A stretch of 64,000 bases of DNA from an uncultured Deinococcaceae bacterium (GCA_964252075.1 CAXULY010000001.1:215787-279786); one strand, 5' to 3'; positions 41,752-52,767 are shown, counted from the stretch's first letter. Numbers and translations: made by a program. Notes: generated by a model not told the origin, from the letters alone.

Positions 41752-41966
41752 GCCGGGGGCTCCCACGTCACGACGAGCGCCTCACCGCGCAGTTCCACCA
41801 CGTCGCCGGGGCGCAGCTTCTTGCGGCGACGCGTCTCGACCTCGCCGTTCACGCGCACCTCGCCGCCCTGCACCAGCACCTTCGCCTCACCGCCGCTCAG
41901 CACGAGGCCCGCGACCTTCAGGAAGTCCTGCAGGTCAATGGTGGGGTCATCCGCGCGGTCCGTCAT
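41748..41966 (-). CDS. Stand-alone S4 RNA-binding protein (YaaA/YbcJ-like)
   Basis: LQDFLK.AGLV.SGGEAK...V.VNGEVETRRRKKL.PGD. Confidence 0.9.
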   Translation of the reverse strand: MTDRADDPTIDLQDFLKVAGLVLSGGEAKVLVQGGEVRVNGEVETRRRKKLRPGDVVELRGEALVVTWEPPA

Positions 41967-42703
41967 GGCAGTTTGTACGCTTTCGAGAAGAGTTCAATGT
42001 CCCGCTGGTCCACCCTTCCGTCCTTGTTCAGGTCGGCGGGGAGGTCCTTTCCGGTCTGGCCGAGGCTCCCCATCAGGATCGCGAGGTCACCGGGATCCAC
42101 CACGCCGTCCGCGTTCAGGTCCGCCGGTCCGGCCTTCACGGGCGGGGTGGACACGGCGGCCGTGGACGTCCCGGCGCTGGAGGCGCCCGCCGTGCTGCCC
42201 CCCGATGCGGCAGACGTCCCGGCGGTCGAGGTGCCGTCCGTGGAGGTGCCCGCCGTCGAGGTCGCTGCGGTGGGTGTACCGCCGTCCGACGCGCCCGAGG
42301 TGGGCGTGCCGGTGCTGGAGGTGGTCGTGGTGGAGGTGCCGCCCGTGGACGCGCCCGTGCTGGGCGTGGGGTCCGCGGGCTTCAGACCCAGGAGGCGGCG
42401 CAGTTCGCCCTGCACGGCGTCCGCGAGGGGCACGGGGCCTTCCGGGTTGAACTCCACGCGCGGGTTCGCGCCGCCGAAACTGCGGCTCGCGACATCCGGG
42501 CTGAAGGTCGCGCCGCCGCCCAGCGTGAACACGGGGCCCTGGCCGTTCACGAGGGTGTACGGGTCCTGCGCGGTCGAGAGCGCGCGGAGGGCGTCCTGTA
42601 CTGCCGTGAGCAGGGTGGGGTCCGTGACCTGCACGCGCACGTCGGTCGCGCCGCTTACGCCCGTGAGGAGCGCCGCCACCAGCAGAAAGCGCGGGGCCTT
42701 CAC
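41963..42703 (-). CDS. Secreted protein with S/T/G linker and C-terminal dockerin-like domain
   Basis: Signal peptide; duplicated ADLNADGVVDPGDL / ADLNKDGRVDQRDI. Confidence 0.8.
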   Translation of the reverse strand: MKAPRFLLVAALLTGVSGATDVRVQVTDPTLLTAVQDALRALSTAQDPYTLVNGQGPVFTLGGGATFSPDVASRSFGGANPRVEFNPEGPVPLADAVQGELRRLLGLKPADPTPSTGASTGGTSTTTTSSTGTPTSGASDGGTPTAATSTAGTSTDGTSTAGTSAASGGSTAGASSAGTSTAAVSTPPVKAGPADLNADGVVDPGDLAILMGSLGQTGKDLPADLNKDGRVDQRDIELFSKAYKLP

Positions 42704-43158
42704 TGCCCGCCCTCGCGCAGCTGGGCGAGGTTCTGCCAGAAGGCGTCCGGCGTGACGCCGTTCGCGGCGGGCACGCGGCCGTCCTGAATGCGGTAGGCGC
42801 CCTGCGTGAAGCCCACTAGGGGGTTGTCGAGCTTCCCGGCGTACAGCAGCAGCACCGCCTGCTCACCCGGCTGGAAGGTGGGGGCGTCATCCATGCCGGC
42901 CAGCAGGTACAGCGCGGGGCGGCCGTCCACCTGCGGAAGGCTGCCGAGGTCACCCGCGAGGGTCCGCGTGACTTTCAGGGGGTACACGGTCCAGGTCTGG
43001 CCGTCCTCGTCGCGCGTGACGGGGGCGTCCAGGCTGGCCTGCACGATCACCTGCGCGCGGCGCGCCTGCTCGGGGAGGGGGTAGGTCCGGACGACCGTCG
43101 CCTGCGCGGCGGCGCTGAGCGCCACGAGCGCCGCCAGGGCGGAACGCAGCGCCTTCAC
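42700..43158 (-). CDS. Secreted hypothetical protein
   Basis: Signal peptide ending AQA; GTGA overlaps at both ends. Confidence 0.75.
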   Translation of the reverse strand: MKALRSALAALVALSAAAQATVVRTYPLPEQARRAQVIVQASLDAPVTRDEDGQTWTVYPLKVTRTLAGDLGSLPQVDGRPALYLLAGMDDAPTFQPGEQAVLLLYAGKLDNPLVGFTQGAYRIQDGRVPAANGVTPDAFWQNLAQLREGGQ

Positions 43159-44225
43159 CGCGAGTCCCCGCTGGTGGACGTGCCGGACGTGCCCGTGGTG
43201 GGGGTGGAGGTGCCGCTCGCCGGGGTGCCCGTGGCGGGGGCGCCGGAGGTCCCCTCGGTGCTGCTGCCGCCCGTCGGGGTGCCGGAATCGCCCGTGGTGC
43301 TGGTCGCGTCGGTGGACGAGGCGGTGGCGCTCGTGCTGTCCGCGCTGGTGCCGGCGCTGCTGCTCGCGGAGGTGCTGGTGGCGCTGGTGCTGGTCCCGGT
43401 GGTGCTGCCGCCCGCCGTGCTGGTGCCCACGCTGCTGGTCGCGCTGGTGCCGGTGCTGCTGGTCGCGCTGGTGCCGGTGCTGCTGGTGCCCACGGCGGGG
43501 GTGGGCGGTGCGGGGAAGTCCTGGTTGCCCACGGATTTGCCGCTGGCGTCGCGGCCCTGGTACGCGACGGGCATGCTGGTGAGCATCACGGGTCGCGCGG
43601 GTTTCAGCATGATCATCGCGACGCGCGCGCCGCTGGCGGGCACCTTCCGGAAGCCGAGGTCCACCGTGAGGAGGCCCGCCCCGCTCTGCTTCCAGAACAG
43701 GATGGGCTCACCGTCGCCCGGCGTGATGGACGCCACGCGCGCGTCGGCGGGCAGCTTCCACTGGAAGCGCGCGGCGGTGGCGCCCTTCGGGTGGTTCACG
43801 ACGAGTGGGATGCGCGACTCACCGACCGGGCCGGTCGGGAGGGTGGGTTTCAGCTCGAAGGTGATCTGCGCGGAGATGTTCACGGAGAACTTCTGCACCT
43901 TGTTCGAGAGGCTCGCGTCACTCGCTTCCAGGGTGAAGTTGTACACGCCCGCCTTGCTGGGTGTGCCGGTGAGCCGCGTGCCGCTCAGCTGCAGGCCGTC
44001 CGGGAGCGCGCCGTCCGAGAGGCGCAGCTGGTAGGGGTTCTGCCCGCCCGCGACCTGCAGGTCCGCGCTGTAGTTCTCGTTCACGTAACCCACGGGGAGG
44101 TTGCTGGTGGAGAAGCGCAGGGCGTCTTGCACGGTCGTGCTGCCCGAGGTGGAGTTCGATCCGCAGGCGGTCAGGACGGCGGCCATGAGCAGCGCGAGGC
44201 TGGGCAGCGCGGGTCGGAGGATCAC
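43155..44225 (-). CDS. Lipoprotein with He_PIG-type Ig domain, possible cohesin-like domain and S/T-rich tail
   Basis: VLTACG lipobox; LP.GY...Y...GG..PY...GALPDGL.L...L.GTP; low-complexity tail; start codon uncertain. Confidence 0.75.
   Translation of the reverse strand: MILRPALPSLALLMAAVLTACGSNSTSGSTTVQDALRFSTSNLPVGYVNENYSADLQVAGGQNPYQLRLSDGALPDGLQLSGTRLTGTPSKAGVYNFTLEASDASLSNKVQKFSVNISAQITFELKPTLPTGPVGESRIPLVVNHPKGATAARFQWKLPADARVASITPGDGEPILFWKQSGAGLLTVDLGFRKVPASGARVAMIMLKPARPVMLTSMPVAYQGRDASGKSVGNQDFPAPPTPAVGTSSTGTSATSSTGTSATSSVGTSTAGGSTTGTSTSATSTSASSSAGTSADSTSATASSTDATSTTGDSGTPTGGSSTEGTSGAPATGTPASGTSTPTTGTSGTSTSGDSR
43431..43478. repeat. 24-bp tandem repeat (TGTSATSS) in the lipoprotein tail
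   Basis: GCTGCTGGTCGCGCTGGTGCCGGT twice, with degenerate copies on either side. Confidence 0.8.
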
Positions 44226-44363
44226 GCGTGGCCCCACAAGGTCGGCAGGAACATGCCGCGAGTGTAGCAGGAGGCCATGAGAGCGATTTTCCAAAGTGCG
44301 GCGCGCGTGCGGATGGTGCACTGGGTGCCGTGTGGGGGCGCATGAGGCTCTAGAATGCGCCGC

Positions 44364-47267
44364 ATGACCGTTCAGGAGAAGGTTCAGCCCGGTGCCCGCA
44401 TCGGGCGCTACACGGTAGAACGCCGCATTGAGGTGCCGGAGATCGCGGCGACCCTGTACCTGCTGCGCCATGAGCTGGGCGCGCGCCACGCACACGTGGT
44501 GCGTGACGACGACAACCTGAGTTTCGGCGTGCTGTTCCCCACCGTGCCGAGCGACTCCACGGGCGTGGCGCACATCCTGGAGCACGTGGCGCTGATGGGT
44601 TCCCAGCACTACCCGGTCTCCGATCCGTTCTTCGCGATGATTCCGCGCAGCCTGAGCACCTTCATGAACGCCATGACGGCGAGTGACTGGACGGTGTACC
44701 CCTTCTCGACGCGCAACGAGCGGGACTTCTTCAACCTGCTGGGCGTGTACCTGGACGCGACCTTCTTCCCGCTGCTGCGCGAGGACAGCTTCCGACGGGA
44801 CGGGCACCGCTTCGAGTTCAAGGACCCGGCGGACAAGACCAGTGAACTCACCATGCAGGGCGTGGTGTACAACGAGATGAAGGGCGCCATGGCGTCGGCG
44901 GGCAGCGTGCTGTACCGCGCGCTCGGCAAGGCGCTGTACCCGGACCTCACGTACGCGAACAACTCGGGCGGCGAGCCACGGGACATTCCGGGCCTCACGT
45001 ACGACAACCTGAAGGCCTTCCACGCGGCGCACTACCACCCGTCGAACGCCTTCTTCTTCACGTACGGGAACCTGCCCATCGAGCGCTTCCTGGAGCCCAT
45101 CGAGGCGCAGGTCATGTCGGCCTTCCAGCCGCACGCGTTGGACGTGAGCATTCCCGACCAGCCGCCCTTTGAGGCGCCGCGGGATGCGGAGGTCACGTAC
45201 CCGTCGAGCGACACGGAGCACGGCGCGCAGGTGCTGGTGGCGTGGAAGCTCGGGTACAGTTTCGACACGTACCAGAACGTGCTGTGGAACGTCCTATCGG
45301 ACGTGCTGCTCGGGAACCCCGGCGCGCCCCTGCACCGCACGCTGATCGAGTCCGGCCTGGGGAGCGCGCTTGCGGACGGCAGCGGGTACAACGACGGCTT
45401 CCGCGAGTCGGCCTTCGCGGCGGGCCTCAAGGGCCTCCCCGCCGGTCAGGCGCGGGCGGTGGAGTCGCTGGTGCTGGACACCCTGCGCCGCATCGCGGAC
45501 GAGGGCATCCCCGACGAGCTGATTGACAGCGCCGTGCACCAGTTCGAGATCGCGCAGAAGGAGGTCAGCAACGCCGGGTACCCCTACGGCCTGAAACTGA
45601 TGTTCCGGGTGCTGGGGCCGTGGCTGTACGGCGGGGACCCCGCGAGCGGCCTGAGCATCGGGGAGGAACTGGAGCGCCTCGCGAAGGAGCGCGCGCAGGG
45701 CCGCGTGTTCGAGCCCATGATCCGGACGCTGCTGGAGAACACGCACCGCGTGACGCTCGCGCTGAATCCCGACCCGGGCCTCGCGGAGCGCCAGGAGGCC
45801 GACGAGCGCGCGATGGTGGCGCGCCTCAGCGCGGACTTCACCGAGGAGGACCGGGACCGCATCGTGACGGAAGCGCTGCGCCTCCAGGCGCTGCAGGAGC
45901 AGCCGGACGACACGGACGCCCTGCCCACCCTGAGCGTGGAGGACATCCCCGCTGACGTGGCGCGCCCCGAGTACAGCGTGGCGCAGGAGGGTCACGTGAC
46001 GGTCGGGCGGGTGCCGCAGCCCACCTCGGGCCTCGTGTACCTGGACGTGCAGCTGCGCCTCGATCACTTCACGGACGAGATGCTGGACGCCTTGCCGCTG
46101 TACGCCTACGCCCTCACGCGTTCGGGCGTGGCGGGGCAGGATTACGTGGCGCTGGCGCAGCGCATCGAGGCGGTGTCGGGCGGCGTGAGTGCGGGCGCGG
46201 GCGTCGGGACGGGCCCGGAGCGCCTGGATGACCTGCGCCCGAGCTTCACGCTGGGCGGCAAGGCCCTCTCGCGCAACGCGGGCGCCTTCGTGGCGCTGGT
46301 GCGCGACCTGCTGACCGCGCCGGAGTTCACGGCGGAGCGCCTCACGGCCCTGGTGCGCCAGCGCGTGAGCGGCCTGAAGGCCGCGGTGGTCGGGAACGGG
46401 CAGGCCTTCGCGGGCCGCCTCGCGGGCGCGCAGGTGAGCCCGGCGGGCGCGCTCGACGAGCGGCAGGGCGGCCTCACGCACCTGCACTGGCTGCAGGGCC
46501 TGGAGGGCGAGCGCCTGGAGGCGACCCTCGCGCTGTTCGCGGCGATCCAGCGGGCGCTGCTGACTTCGCCCGCGCGCGTGTGCCTGACCGCCACGCCGGA
46601 GGACGTGAACCTCGACCTCTCCCCCATCACGAGCGTGATCGAGGCGCCCGCGCAGGCCACGCCCTTCCAGGCGGCCCTCGCGCCGCGCGTGCCGCAGGCG
46701 CGCACGGCGGACACCCCAGTGGCCTTCAACGTGCAGAGCTGGCAGACGGTGCCGTACACGCACCCGGACAGCCCCGCCCTGATGGTCCTCAGCCGCCTGC
46801 TGCGCAGCGAGTACCTGCTGCGCGAGCTGCGCGAGAAGGGCGGCGCGTACGGCGCGCACGCCACCTTCGACGCGCGCGACGGGGTGTTCATGCTGGGCAG
46901 CTACCGCGACCCGCACATCGCGCGGACCTTCGAGGTGTACCGCAACGTCGGGGCGTTCCTGGCGGGGGACCTGGAGGCGCGCGTGCTGACGGAGTCCATC
47001 CTGTCCGCCAGCAAGAGCCTCGATCCGCTCACCAGTCCGGACACCGTGGGGCGCCTGCGCTTCTTCGGGGATCAGGCGGGCTACACCCCCCAGGTGCAGG
47101 AGGCGTACAAGGCGGGCCTGCTGGCCGTCACCCTGGAGGACCTGCGGCGCGTGTACCGCGAGCACCTGCAGGAGGGCCAGCCTGCCTTCGCGCTGGTGGC
47201 GGGCCGCGACCCGAACCCGGACACCGAGCGCCTGGGGCTCACCTTTGAGGTGCAGTCCGCGACCTGA
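44364..47267 (+). CDS. M16C (PreP/presequence-protease-like) zinc metallopeptidase
   Basis: TGVAHILEH (HxxEH), FMNAMT, GVVYNEMKG, LREKGGAYG, SYRDP; TAGAAT 7 nt upstream. Confidence 0.93.
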   Translation: MTVQEKVQPGARIGRYTVERRIEVPEIAATLYLLRHELGARHAHVVRDDDNLSFGVLFPTVPSDSTGVAHILEHVALMGSQHYPVSDPFFAMIPRSLSTFMNAMTASDWTVYPFSTRNERDFFNLLGVYLDATFFPLLREDSFRRDGHRFEFKDPADKTSELTMQGVVYNEMKGAMASAGSVLYRALGKALYPDLTYANNSGGEPRDIPGLTYDNLKAFHAAHYHPSNAFFFTYGNLPIERFLEPIEAQVMSAFQPHALDVSIPDQPPFEAPRDAEVTYPSSDTEHGAQVLVAWKLGYSFDTYQNVLWNVLSDVLLGNPGAPLHRTLIESGLGSALADGSGYNDGFRESAFAAGLKGLPAGQARAVESLVLDTLRRIADEGIPDELIDSAVHQFEIAQKEVSNAGYPYGLKLMFRVLGPWLYGGDPASGLSIGEELERLAKERAQGRVFEPMIRTLLENTHRVTLALNPDPGLAERQEADERAMVARLSADFTEEDRDRIVTEALRLQALQEQPDDTDALPTLSVEDIPADVARPEYSVAQEGHVTVGRVPQPTSGLVYLDVQLRLDHFTDEMLDALPLYAYALTRSGVAGQDYVALAQRIEAVSGGVSAGAGVGTGPERLDDLRPSFTLGGKALSRNAGAFVALVRDLLTAPEFTAERLTALVRQRVSGLKAAVVGNGQAFAGRLAGAQVSPAGALDERQGGLTHLHWLQGLEGERLEATLALFAAIQRALLTSPARVCLTATPEDVNLDLSPITSVIEAPAQATPFQAALAPRVPQARTADTPVAFNVQSWQTVPYTHPDSPALMVLSRLLRSEYLLRELREKGGAYGAHATFDARDGVFMLGSYRDPHIARTFEVYRNVGAFLAGDLEARVLTESILSASKSLDPLTSPDTVGRLRFFGDQAGYTPQVQEAYKAGLLAVTLEDLRRVYREHLQEGQPAFALVAGRDPNPDTERLGLTFEVQSAT

Positions 47268-47278
47268 GGGACCGACCA

Positions 47279-47319
47279 GGGGAGCCCGGCCAGCACTGGC
47301 CGGGCTCCCCTTTCACTTT
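47279..47319 (+). terminator. Intrinsic terminator
   Basis: GGGGAGCCCGGCCAG-ca-CTGGCCGGGCTCCCC then TTTCACTTT. Confidence 0.8.
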
Positions 47320-47699
47320 GGGGTTTCGGGGGGGTCGGTGTACTCCACCTGCCGCAGCACCGTGCCCTCGAAGGCGAGGTCCGCGCGGTACGCGCCGCGC
47401 GTGGGCGCGGGCAGCTTGAAGCGTGCCACGCGGCCCTGCGGGTCCACGAACACCGTGTCCCGCCCGACCTCCTCACTGCCCAGATACCACACGCAGCTCA
47501 GGTAGCCGCTGCTGCGCGCGTCCTGCAGGGTGGCGGTGAGGGTGAGGGTGTCACCGTCGCGCGTGACGCCCACGTCCGCGAGGCGCGTGGGGAAGGTGCC
47601 CTGCGTGAGGGGCGGCACGAGCGGCACGAAGGTGTAGCGGCAGCCCGTGAGGGCCAGCGCGGCGGTGAGCAGCAGGGGCAGCTTGATCAGGGGGTTCAC
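47313..47699 (-). CDS. Hypothetical lipoprotein
   Basis: LALTGC lipobox; overlaps the rsmE stop. Confidence 0.75.
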   Translation of the reverse strand: MNPLIKLPLLLTAALALTGCRYTFVPLVPPLTQGTFPTRLADVGVTRDGDTLTLTATLQDARSSGYLSCVWYLGSEEVGRDTVFVDPQGRVARFKLPAPTRGAYRADLAFEGTVLRQVEYTDPPETPK

Positions 47700-48385
47700 A
47701 CTCCCAGCGCGGCGATGGCGCCCAGCAGGGCCAGCGGCGCGGTCTGTGCGCGCAGGATACGCGGGCCGAGTGTGACCGCCGTGAAGCCGGACGCGGTGAG
47801 CGCCGCGACCTCGTCGTCCGCGAGGCCGCCCTCGGGGCCGGTCACCAGGGTGATGGGCGCGTCCCAGCGCAGGTGATCCATGAGGCGCTCGCGGCTGCCG
47901 GGGTGCGCGACGAAACCCTGGCCCTGCAGCGGGTAGCGGGCGAGCGGCACGGGCGCCTCGACGGGCGGCACGACCGCGCGGCGCGACTGCCGGGCGGCTT
48001 CCTGAGCCACTCGGCGCAGGCGCTCCAGCTTCGTGGCGCCCACCTCCGGCACGTCCGCGAAACGGGTCTGCAGCAGCTGAACGCGCGCCACGCCCAGCTC
48101 GGTGGCGGCGCGCACCACGTCCGCGAGCTTGTCGCCCTTCAGGAGCGCGAGGGCGAGCGTGATGGGCTGCGGGGTCTCGGCGGCGGCATCGGCGGGCGCG
48201 CCGAGCGCCAGGACCGCGCCGCCCTCGTCGAGCCGCGTGAGGGTCGCCTCGGCCTCCCCCCCCGCCCCGTCGAAGACCCGCACGGTGTCGCCCTCCGCGA
48301 GCCTCAGCACCCGCAGGTGCTTCAGTTCGCGCGGCCCGAGGCGCATCTCGTCCGCGAGGGCGGGCACGCGCACGCGGTGCGTCAT
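47696..48385 (-). CDS. rsmE: 16S rRNA m3U1498 methyltransferase
   Basis: [35 protein letters not shown]. Confidence 0.93.
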   Translation of the reverse strand: MTHRVRVPALADEMRLGPRELKHLRVLRLAEGDTVRVFDGAGGEAEATLTRLDEGGAVLALGAPADAAAETPQPITLALALLKGDKLADVVRAATELGVARVQLLQTRFADVPEVGATKLERLRRVAQEAARQSRRAVVPPVEAPVPLARYPLQGQGFVAHPGSRERLMDHLRWDAPITLVTGPEGGLADDEVAALTASGFTAVTLGPRILRAQTAPLALLGAIAALGV

Positions 48386-49167
48386 GGGCGCCGCGCGGTC
48401 AGGAGCGCCCACTCGCCCTCGGTCACGCGCCGCAGGTCCTCGAAGCCCGCGGCGGTCAGGGCGGCCTCCACCTGCTCCAGCTTCTCCGTCAGGATGCCCG
48501 TCAGGATGATGGGCGCGCCGTCCGCCGTGACGCGCAGGTAATCCTCGGCGAGCACCTCGTGCAGTTCCGCGAAGAGGTTCGCGACGAGCACCCCGTAGGG
48601 CGCTTCGGGCTCCACGTCCGCGAGGGTGCCCTCCAGGAACTGCGCGGTGGCGTCCGTCACGCCGTTCGCCCCGGCGTTCTCGCGCGCGACGGGAATCACC
48701 AGGGGGTCGATGTCCACGCCGAGCGCGCCGTCCGCGCCGAGCAGCACCGCCGCGAGGGCCAGCACCCCCGAACCCGTCCCGACATCCAGCACCGTCTGCC
48801 CCCGCAGCGACAGTGCGGAGAGCGCCTCCACCGCGAGGCGCGTGGTGGCGTGGTGCCCCGTCCCGAAGGCCATGCCGGGCTCAATCACCAGCGGGATCTG
48901 ACCGGCGGGCACCTCGTGCGCGAGCCACGGCGGGATGATCGTCACGCGGCCTGCCGTGACGGGCTGCAGGTCGCGCTTCCAGCCTTCCTGCCAGTCCTGG
49001 TCGGGCTCCACCAGCCACTCGCCGTCCAGGCCGAGCGGCAACTCCTCCTCGAAATACGCGCGGACGAAACCGCCGCGCTCCTCCAGGCCCAACGCGCCCG
49101 CCTCCCAGAGGCGTTCCAGGTCAGCCTCGCGGGATTCCAGGGTGCCGTGCAGGCGGTAGATCAACAT
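48382..49167 (-). CDS. prmA: Ribosomal protein L11 methyltransferase
   Basis: [29 protein letters not shown]. Confidence 0.94.
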   Translation of the reverse strand: MLIYRLHGTLESREADLERLWEAGALGLEERGGFVRAYFEEELPLGLDGEWLVEPDQDWQEGWKRDLQPVTAGRVTIIPPWLAHEVPAGQIPLVIEPGMAFGTGHHATTRLAVEALSALSLRGQTVLDVGTGSGVLALAAVLLGADGALGVDIDPLVIPVARENAGANGVTDATAQFLEGTLADVEPEAPYGVLVANLFAELHEVLAEDYLRVTADGAPIILTGILTEKLEQVEAALTAAGFEDLRRVTEGEWALLTARRP

Positions 49168-49270
49168 GCGGTGAGTGTAGAGCGGATGCGCGCGCCGCGG
49201 GAGGCCACAGCCCGCGCGCGGCCTCGACAAGCGCCGGGCGCGGCCACGCACCCACCCCTATACTCTGCGC

Positions 49271-50062
49271 ATGAAACTGGCGATCGTGGGCGTGGGCAAG
49301 ATGGGTCTGGCGCTGCTGGAGGGGCTGCTGCGGCGGGGCGTGCTGCCGCCCAGCGACATCGGGATTCTGGACGCCAGCATCGACCGGGCCGCGATGGTGT
49401 CCGAGCGGCTGGGCGTGGCGCGCCTGAACGCCGCGGAGCTCGGGCACGCCTCGCGCATCGCGGTGTGCCTGCAACCGCGCGTGTTCCCCGGCACCATCGA
49501 CTGGCTCGCGCAGCCGAACGTCGGGTACATCTCCACCATGGCGGGCGTGAGCCTCCCGACGCTCGCGCGGCGCCTCGGCACGAAGCGCGTGGTGCGCGTC
49601 ATGCCGAACCTCGCCGCCACCATCGGGCGCGCGCAGACGGCCCTCGCGGGCCCGAAGGAAGCGGTGGACGCCGGCGACCTGGATTTCGCGCGCATGATCT
49701 TCGGCGCGGTGGGGGACGTGTACGAGATTCCCGAGCACCTCTTCAACGCCTTCACCGGCATGAGCGCCTCCGGCCCGGCGTACGCGGCGGTCGTCGCGGA
49801 GGCCCTCGCGGACGGCGGGGTGCGCATGGGCCTCGCGCGGCCCCTCGCGCAGGAACTCGCCGCGAAGCTGCTCGTCGCGAGCGGTGAACTGCTGCTTGCC
49901 CGCCCGCACCCCGCGATGCTGAAGGACGAGGTGGCGAGCCCTGGCGGCACCACCATCGCGGGCCTGGAGGCGCTGGAGCGCGGCGGCCTGCGCTCCGCGC
50001 TCATCGAGGCGGTCGTGGCGGCCACGCGGCGCGGCAGCGAACTCGGGCACGACCAGGAGTGA
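49271..50062 (+). CDS. proC: Pyrroline-5-carboxylate reductase
   Basis: [30 protein letters not shown]. Confidence 0.94.
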   Translation: MKLAIVGVGKMGLALLEGLLRRGVLPPSDIGILDASIDRAAMVSERLGVARLNAAELGHASRIAVCLQPRVFPGTIDWLAQPNVGYISTMAGVSLPTLARRLGTKRVVRVMPNLAATIGRAQTALAGPKEAVDAGDLDFARMIFGAVGDVYEIPEHLFNAFTGMSASGPAYAAVVAEALADGGVRMGLARPLAQELAAKLLVASGELLLARPHPAMLKDEVASPGGTTIAGLEALERGGLRSALIEAVVAATRRGSELGHDQE

Positions 50063-50121
50063 CGGCGGCGCGCCCGGCATTCTTCATGGACAGCCGCGCG
50101 CGCCTGCGGCATCCTGAGCGG

Positions 50122-50667
50122 GTGACATGCCCCTCCCGTCCGCTGGCCCTGCTGCTCGCCCTCACCTCGGGGGTGGCCCTGGCGGCGCCCGCGTACTTCC
50201 CGTACACGCCCGGCACGACTTGGCGGTACAGCAACGGCGAGACGCAGCAGGTGGGGGTGCCGCGCGTCGTGAAGGGCGTCACCGTGACGCCCCTCGCGCA
50301 CGCTTTCGGCGGCAGGACCGTCAGTGAGGACCTGCTGGAGGTCCGCTCGAACGGGGTGTTCCTGCGCGGCGCGCAGAGCGGCGGGCGCCTCACGTGGTAC
50401 GACCCGGCCCTCACGCTGTACCCAGCGGCGCCCCTGCTGCCGGGCATCACGTGGCAGAGCGTCAGCGGGCGCCTTGCGCTGAGCGGGCGCGTGGTCGGCC
50501 AGGAAGCCATTCAGAACGCGGCGGGCGCCTTCAACGCGCTCGTGATCCGCACGGAGGTGAATTCCGGCGCGGGTTCCGCGTCCGCGCAGTTCAGTTACTT
50601 CGTGCCGGGCCTCGGCGTGGTGCGCTTCGTGAGCGCGGGCGGCCAGGCGGTGGACCTGCTGAAGTAA
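50122..50667 (+). CDS. Exported hypothetical protein
   Basis: Signal peptide ending ALA; YFP..PG.TW.Y and YFVPGLGVV motifs. Confidence 0.75.
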   Translation: MTCPSRPLALLLALTSGVALAAPAYFPYTPGTTWRYSNGETQQVGVPRVVKGVTVTPLAHAFGGRTVSEDLLEVRSNGVFLRGAQSGGRLTWYDPALTLYPAAPLLPGITWQSVSGRLALSGRVVGQEAIQNAAGAFNALVIRTEVNSGAGSASAQFSYFVPGLGVVRFVSAGGQAVDLLK

Positions 50668-50866
50668 CTCAAGGTTGTCGCTCGCGTTCCTGCCGTCCTG
50701 ACCCCTGGCGCAAGGGGCAGCGAAGCAGGGTCCTGGGTGACGGGCATGGTGCGGGCGCGCTCGGGGACAGACGCCTCAGGCTGAACGCGAGTCCAACGGA
50801 GGGGCCCGTCGTTCTCAGTGGGACCGGCCGTCATTGGTGACGTGAGCCCCAGCACGCCATCCGACC

Positions 50867-51526
50867 TTACCGGGGTTGCACCTGTTCGGCGCGTTTGCGG
50901 CGGCGTTTGTACCCCATGATGTCCAGGTACATCTTGGTGCGGTGCTTCACGCCGCGCCAGAAGCCGCGCTTCTCCTCTTTCATGACCTGCGAGACCTCGG
51001 GGAGTTCCACGTAGCCCCAGCGCACGCCCTGGCGTTTGAGGGCGTCCGTGATGGCGGGCTCCGGCCAGCGCTCCTCACCGAGGTGCGGCACGGCCAGCAG
51101 CCACGCGCGGCGGCAGGCGCGCTGCCCGCTGAGGTGCGGCGTCATGCGGTTCCCGAAGTCCGTCATGAAGCCGCCGCCCTCGAACACGCCGATCGCCATG
51201 TCGAGTTCGCCGCGCTCCACGGGCACCAGCAGGCGCGTGAGGTGCTCCTTCGTGAGGCCCACGAGGTCCGCGTCGAGGAGCAGCACCAGTTCCGCGTTCG
51301 TGGCGTTCAGGCCCGCCACCATGGCGGGGCCCTTCCCGATGTTCTCCCGGATGTCCAGCACGCGCGCGCCCGCCGCCTGCGCGACCCGCACGGTGCCGTC
51401 CGAGGAGCCGTTCGACGCCACGATCACCTCAGGGGTGAGTTCCAGCGCCACCCGCACCACATCCGCGATGGTCTGCTCTTCGTTGAACGCGGGAATCACC
51501 ACCGCCAGGCCGGGGTCCTGCATCAT
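50867..51526 (-). CDS. GT2 glycosyltransferase
   Basis: VVIPAFNEE, NIGKG, LLDADL, LSGQRA. Confidence 0.9.
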   Translation of the reverse strand: MMQDPGLAVVIPAFNEEQTIADVVRVALELTPEVIVASNGSSDGTVRVAQAAGARVLDIRENIGKGPAMVAGLNATNAELVLLLDADLVGLTKEHLTRLLVPVERGELDMAIGVFEGGGFMTDFGNRMTPHLSGQRACRRAWLLAVPHLGEERWPEPAITDALKRQGVRWGYVELPEVSQVMKEEKRGFWRGVKHRTKMYLDIMGYKRRRKRAEQVQPR

Positions 51527-51663
51527 TCGGAACGCATTCTAACTGGTTTGCCGCGCGCCGCCGCGGTGTCTTAACCGTTCGGCAGGAGCACATGTGCCGC
51601 GCCTACTCCTCCGGAGCGGGCGCGGCGGCGTGACCGTGTGGGCGTGGGCGCGGGTCCGGGCGT

Positions 51664-52767
51664 TCAGAAGAGCCGCACCACGTCGCCCACCACCACGAAC
51701 AGCATGAGAAGCATCACGAAGGCGAGGCCCGCGAAGTTCACCATGCCTTCTTGAGCGGGCTCGAAGGGGCGGCGCCGCACGCCCTGCACGAGAGCCAGCA
51801 GGATGCGCCCGCCGTCCAGTCCGGGGATGGGCAGCAGGTTGAAGTACGCGAGGGACATGTTGATGAGCGCCGCGACGGACACCAAATCCCAGATGCCGCC
51901 CTTCGCCGCCTGCCCGATCACCTTCACGGTACCGACCGGGCCGACGACGTTGCCGTCCCCGCGCACGTCGAGGGACAGCACGCGCGTGAAGAGGCCGCCG
52001 AAGGCCTTCAGCACGTCGGGCAGCGCGGTGCCGGCGGTGCGGGTGGCTTCCGCGACCGCGCCGAGCGCCGTGACGTGCCGCACCGCGGCGTCCGGGCCGT
52101 AGGCCACCCCGAGCTTCTGGCGCTCGCCGTTCACGCGCGCCACCCAGTCAAAGGTCACGGTGCGCGCCGCGCCGCCGCTGCGGACGGTGAGGCTGTGGCG
52201 CCCGTCCGTCGCGAGGGTGTCCTGCAACTTCAGGTACCCGCCCTGCGGTTTGCCGTCCACGGTGTAGCTCTTCGGCAGCGCGCGCCCGTCAATGGCGGTG
52301 ATGACGTCCCCGGCTTTCAGGCCGAGCTGCTGCGCGCGCGAGCCCGCCACCACCTCACTGATCCGCACGCGCTGCGGGAAGGTGTCCGTCACGCCGCGCG
52401 CGCCGAAGTTCGCGCTCAGCAGCACGATGGCGAGCAGCAGGTTCGAGACGGGCCCGGCGAGCATGATGGCGATCTTGCCCCAGGTGCGCAGGCGGGCGAA
52501 GCCGTGGTTGGGCGCGGTGAGCTGGCCGTTCGGGAGGGCGTCCGGCACCATGCCGTCAATCTCGACGTACCCGCCGATGGGCAGCAGGCTCAGGCGCCAC
52601 TCGGTGCCGCGCCACGTGCGTCGCCAGAACACCGGGCCCATGCCCACCGAGTACGCCTTGACCGCCACGCCCTGCGCGCGGGCGGCCCAGTAGTGCGCGA
52701 GTTCGTGCAGCACCACGGCGGTCTGCACGATGATCAGCCAGTAAATGATGTCCAGCAGGGTGTTCAC
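51664..52767 (-). CDS. rseP: RIP metalloprotease (M50, PDZ)
   Basis: [24 protein letters not shown]; position downstream of dxr. Confidence 0.92.
   Translation of the reverse strand: MNTLLDIIYWLIIVQTAVVLHELAHYWAARAQGVAVKAYSVGMGPVFWRRTWRGTEWRLSLLPIGGYVEIDGMVPDALPNGQLTAPNHGFARLRTWGKIAIMLAGPVSNLLLAIVLLSANFGARGVTDTFPQRVRISEVVAGSRAQQLGLKAGDVITAIDGRALPKSYTVDGKPQGGYLKLQDTLATDGRHSLTVRSGGAARTVTFDWVARVNGERQKLGVAYGPDAAVRHVTALGAVAEATRTAGTALPDVLKAFGGLFTRVLSLDVRGDGNVVGPVGTVKVIGQAAKGGIWDLVSVAALINMSLAYFNLLPIPGLDGGRILLALVQGVRRRPFEPAQEGMVNFAGLAFVMLLMLFVVVGDVVRLF

Noticed and set aside
43174..44034. V/P/L-rich repetitive plus-strand ORF; possible CRISPR-like periodicity
   Set aside because: It is the antisense of an S/T/G-rich coding tail; there are no unique spacers and no cas genes.
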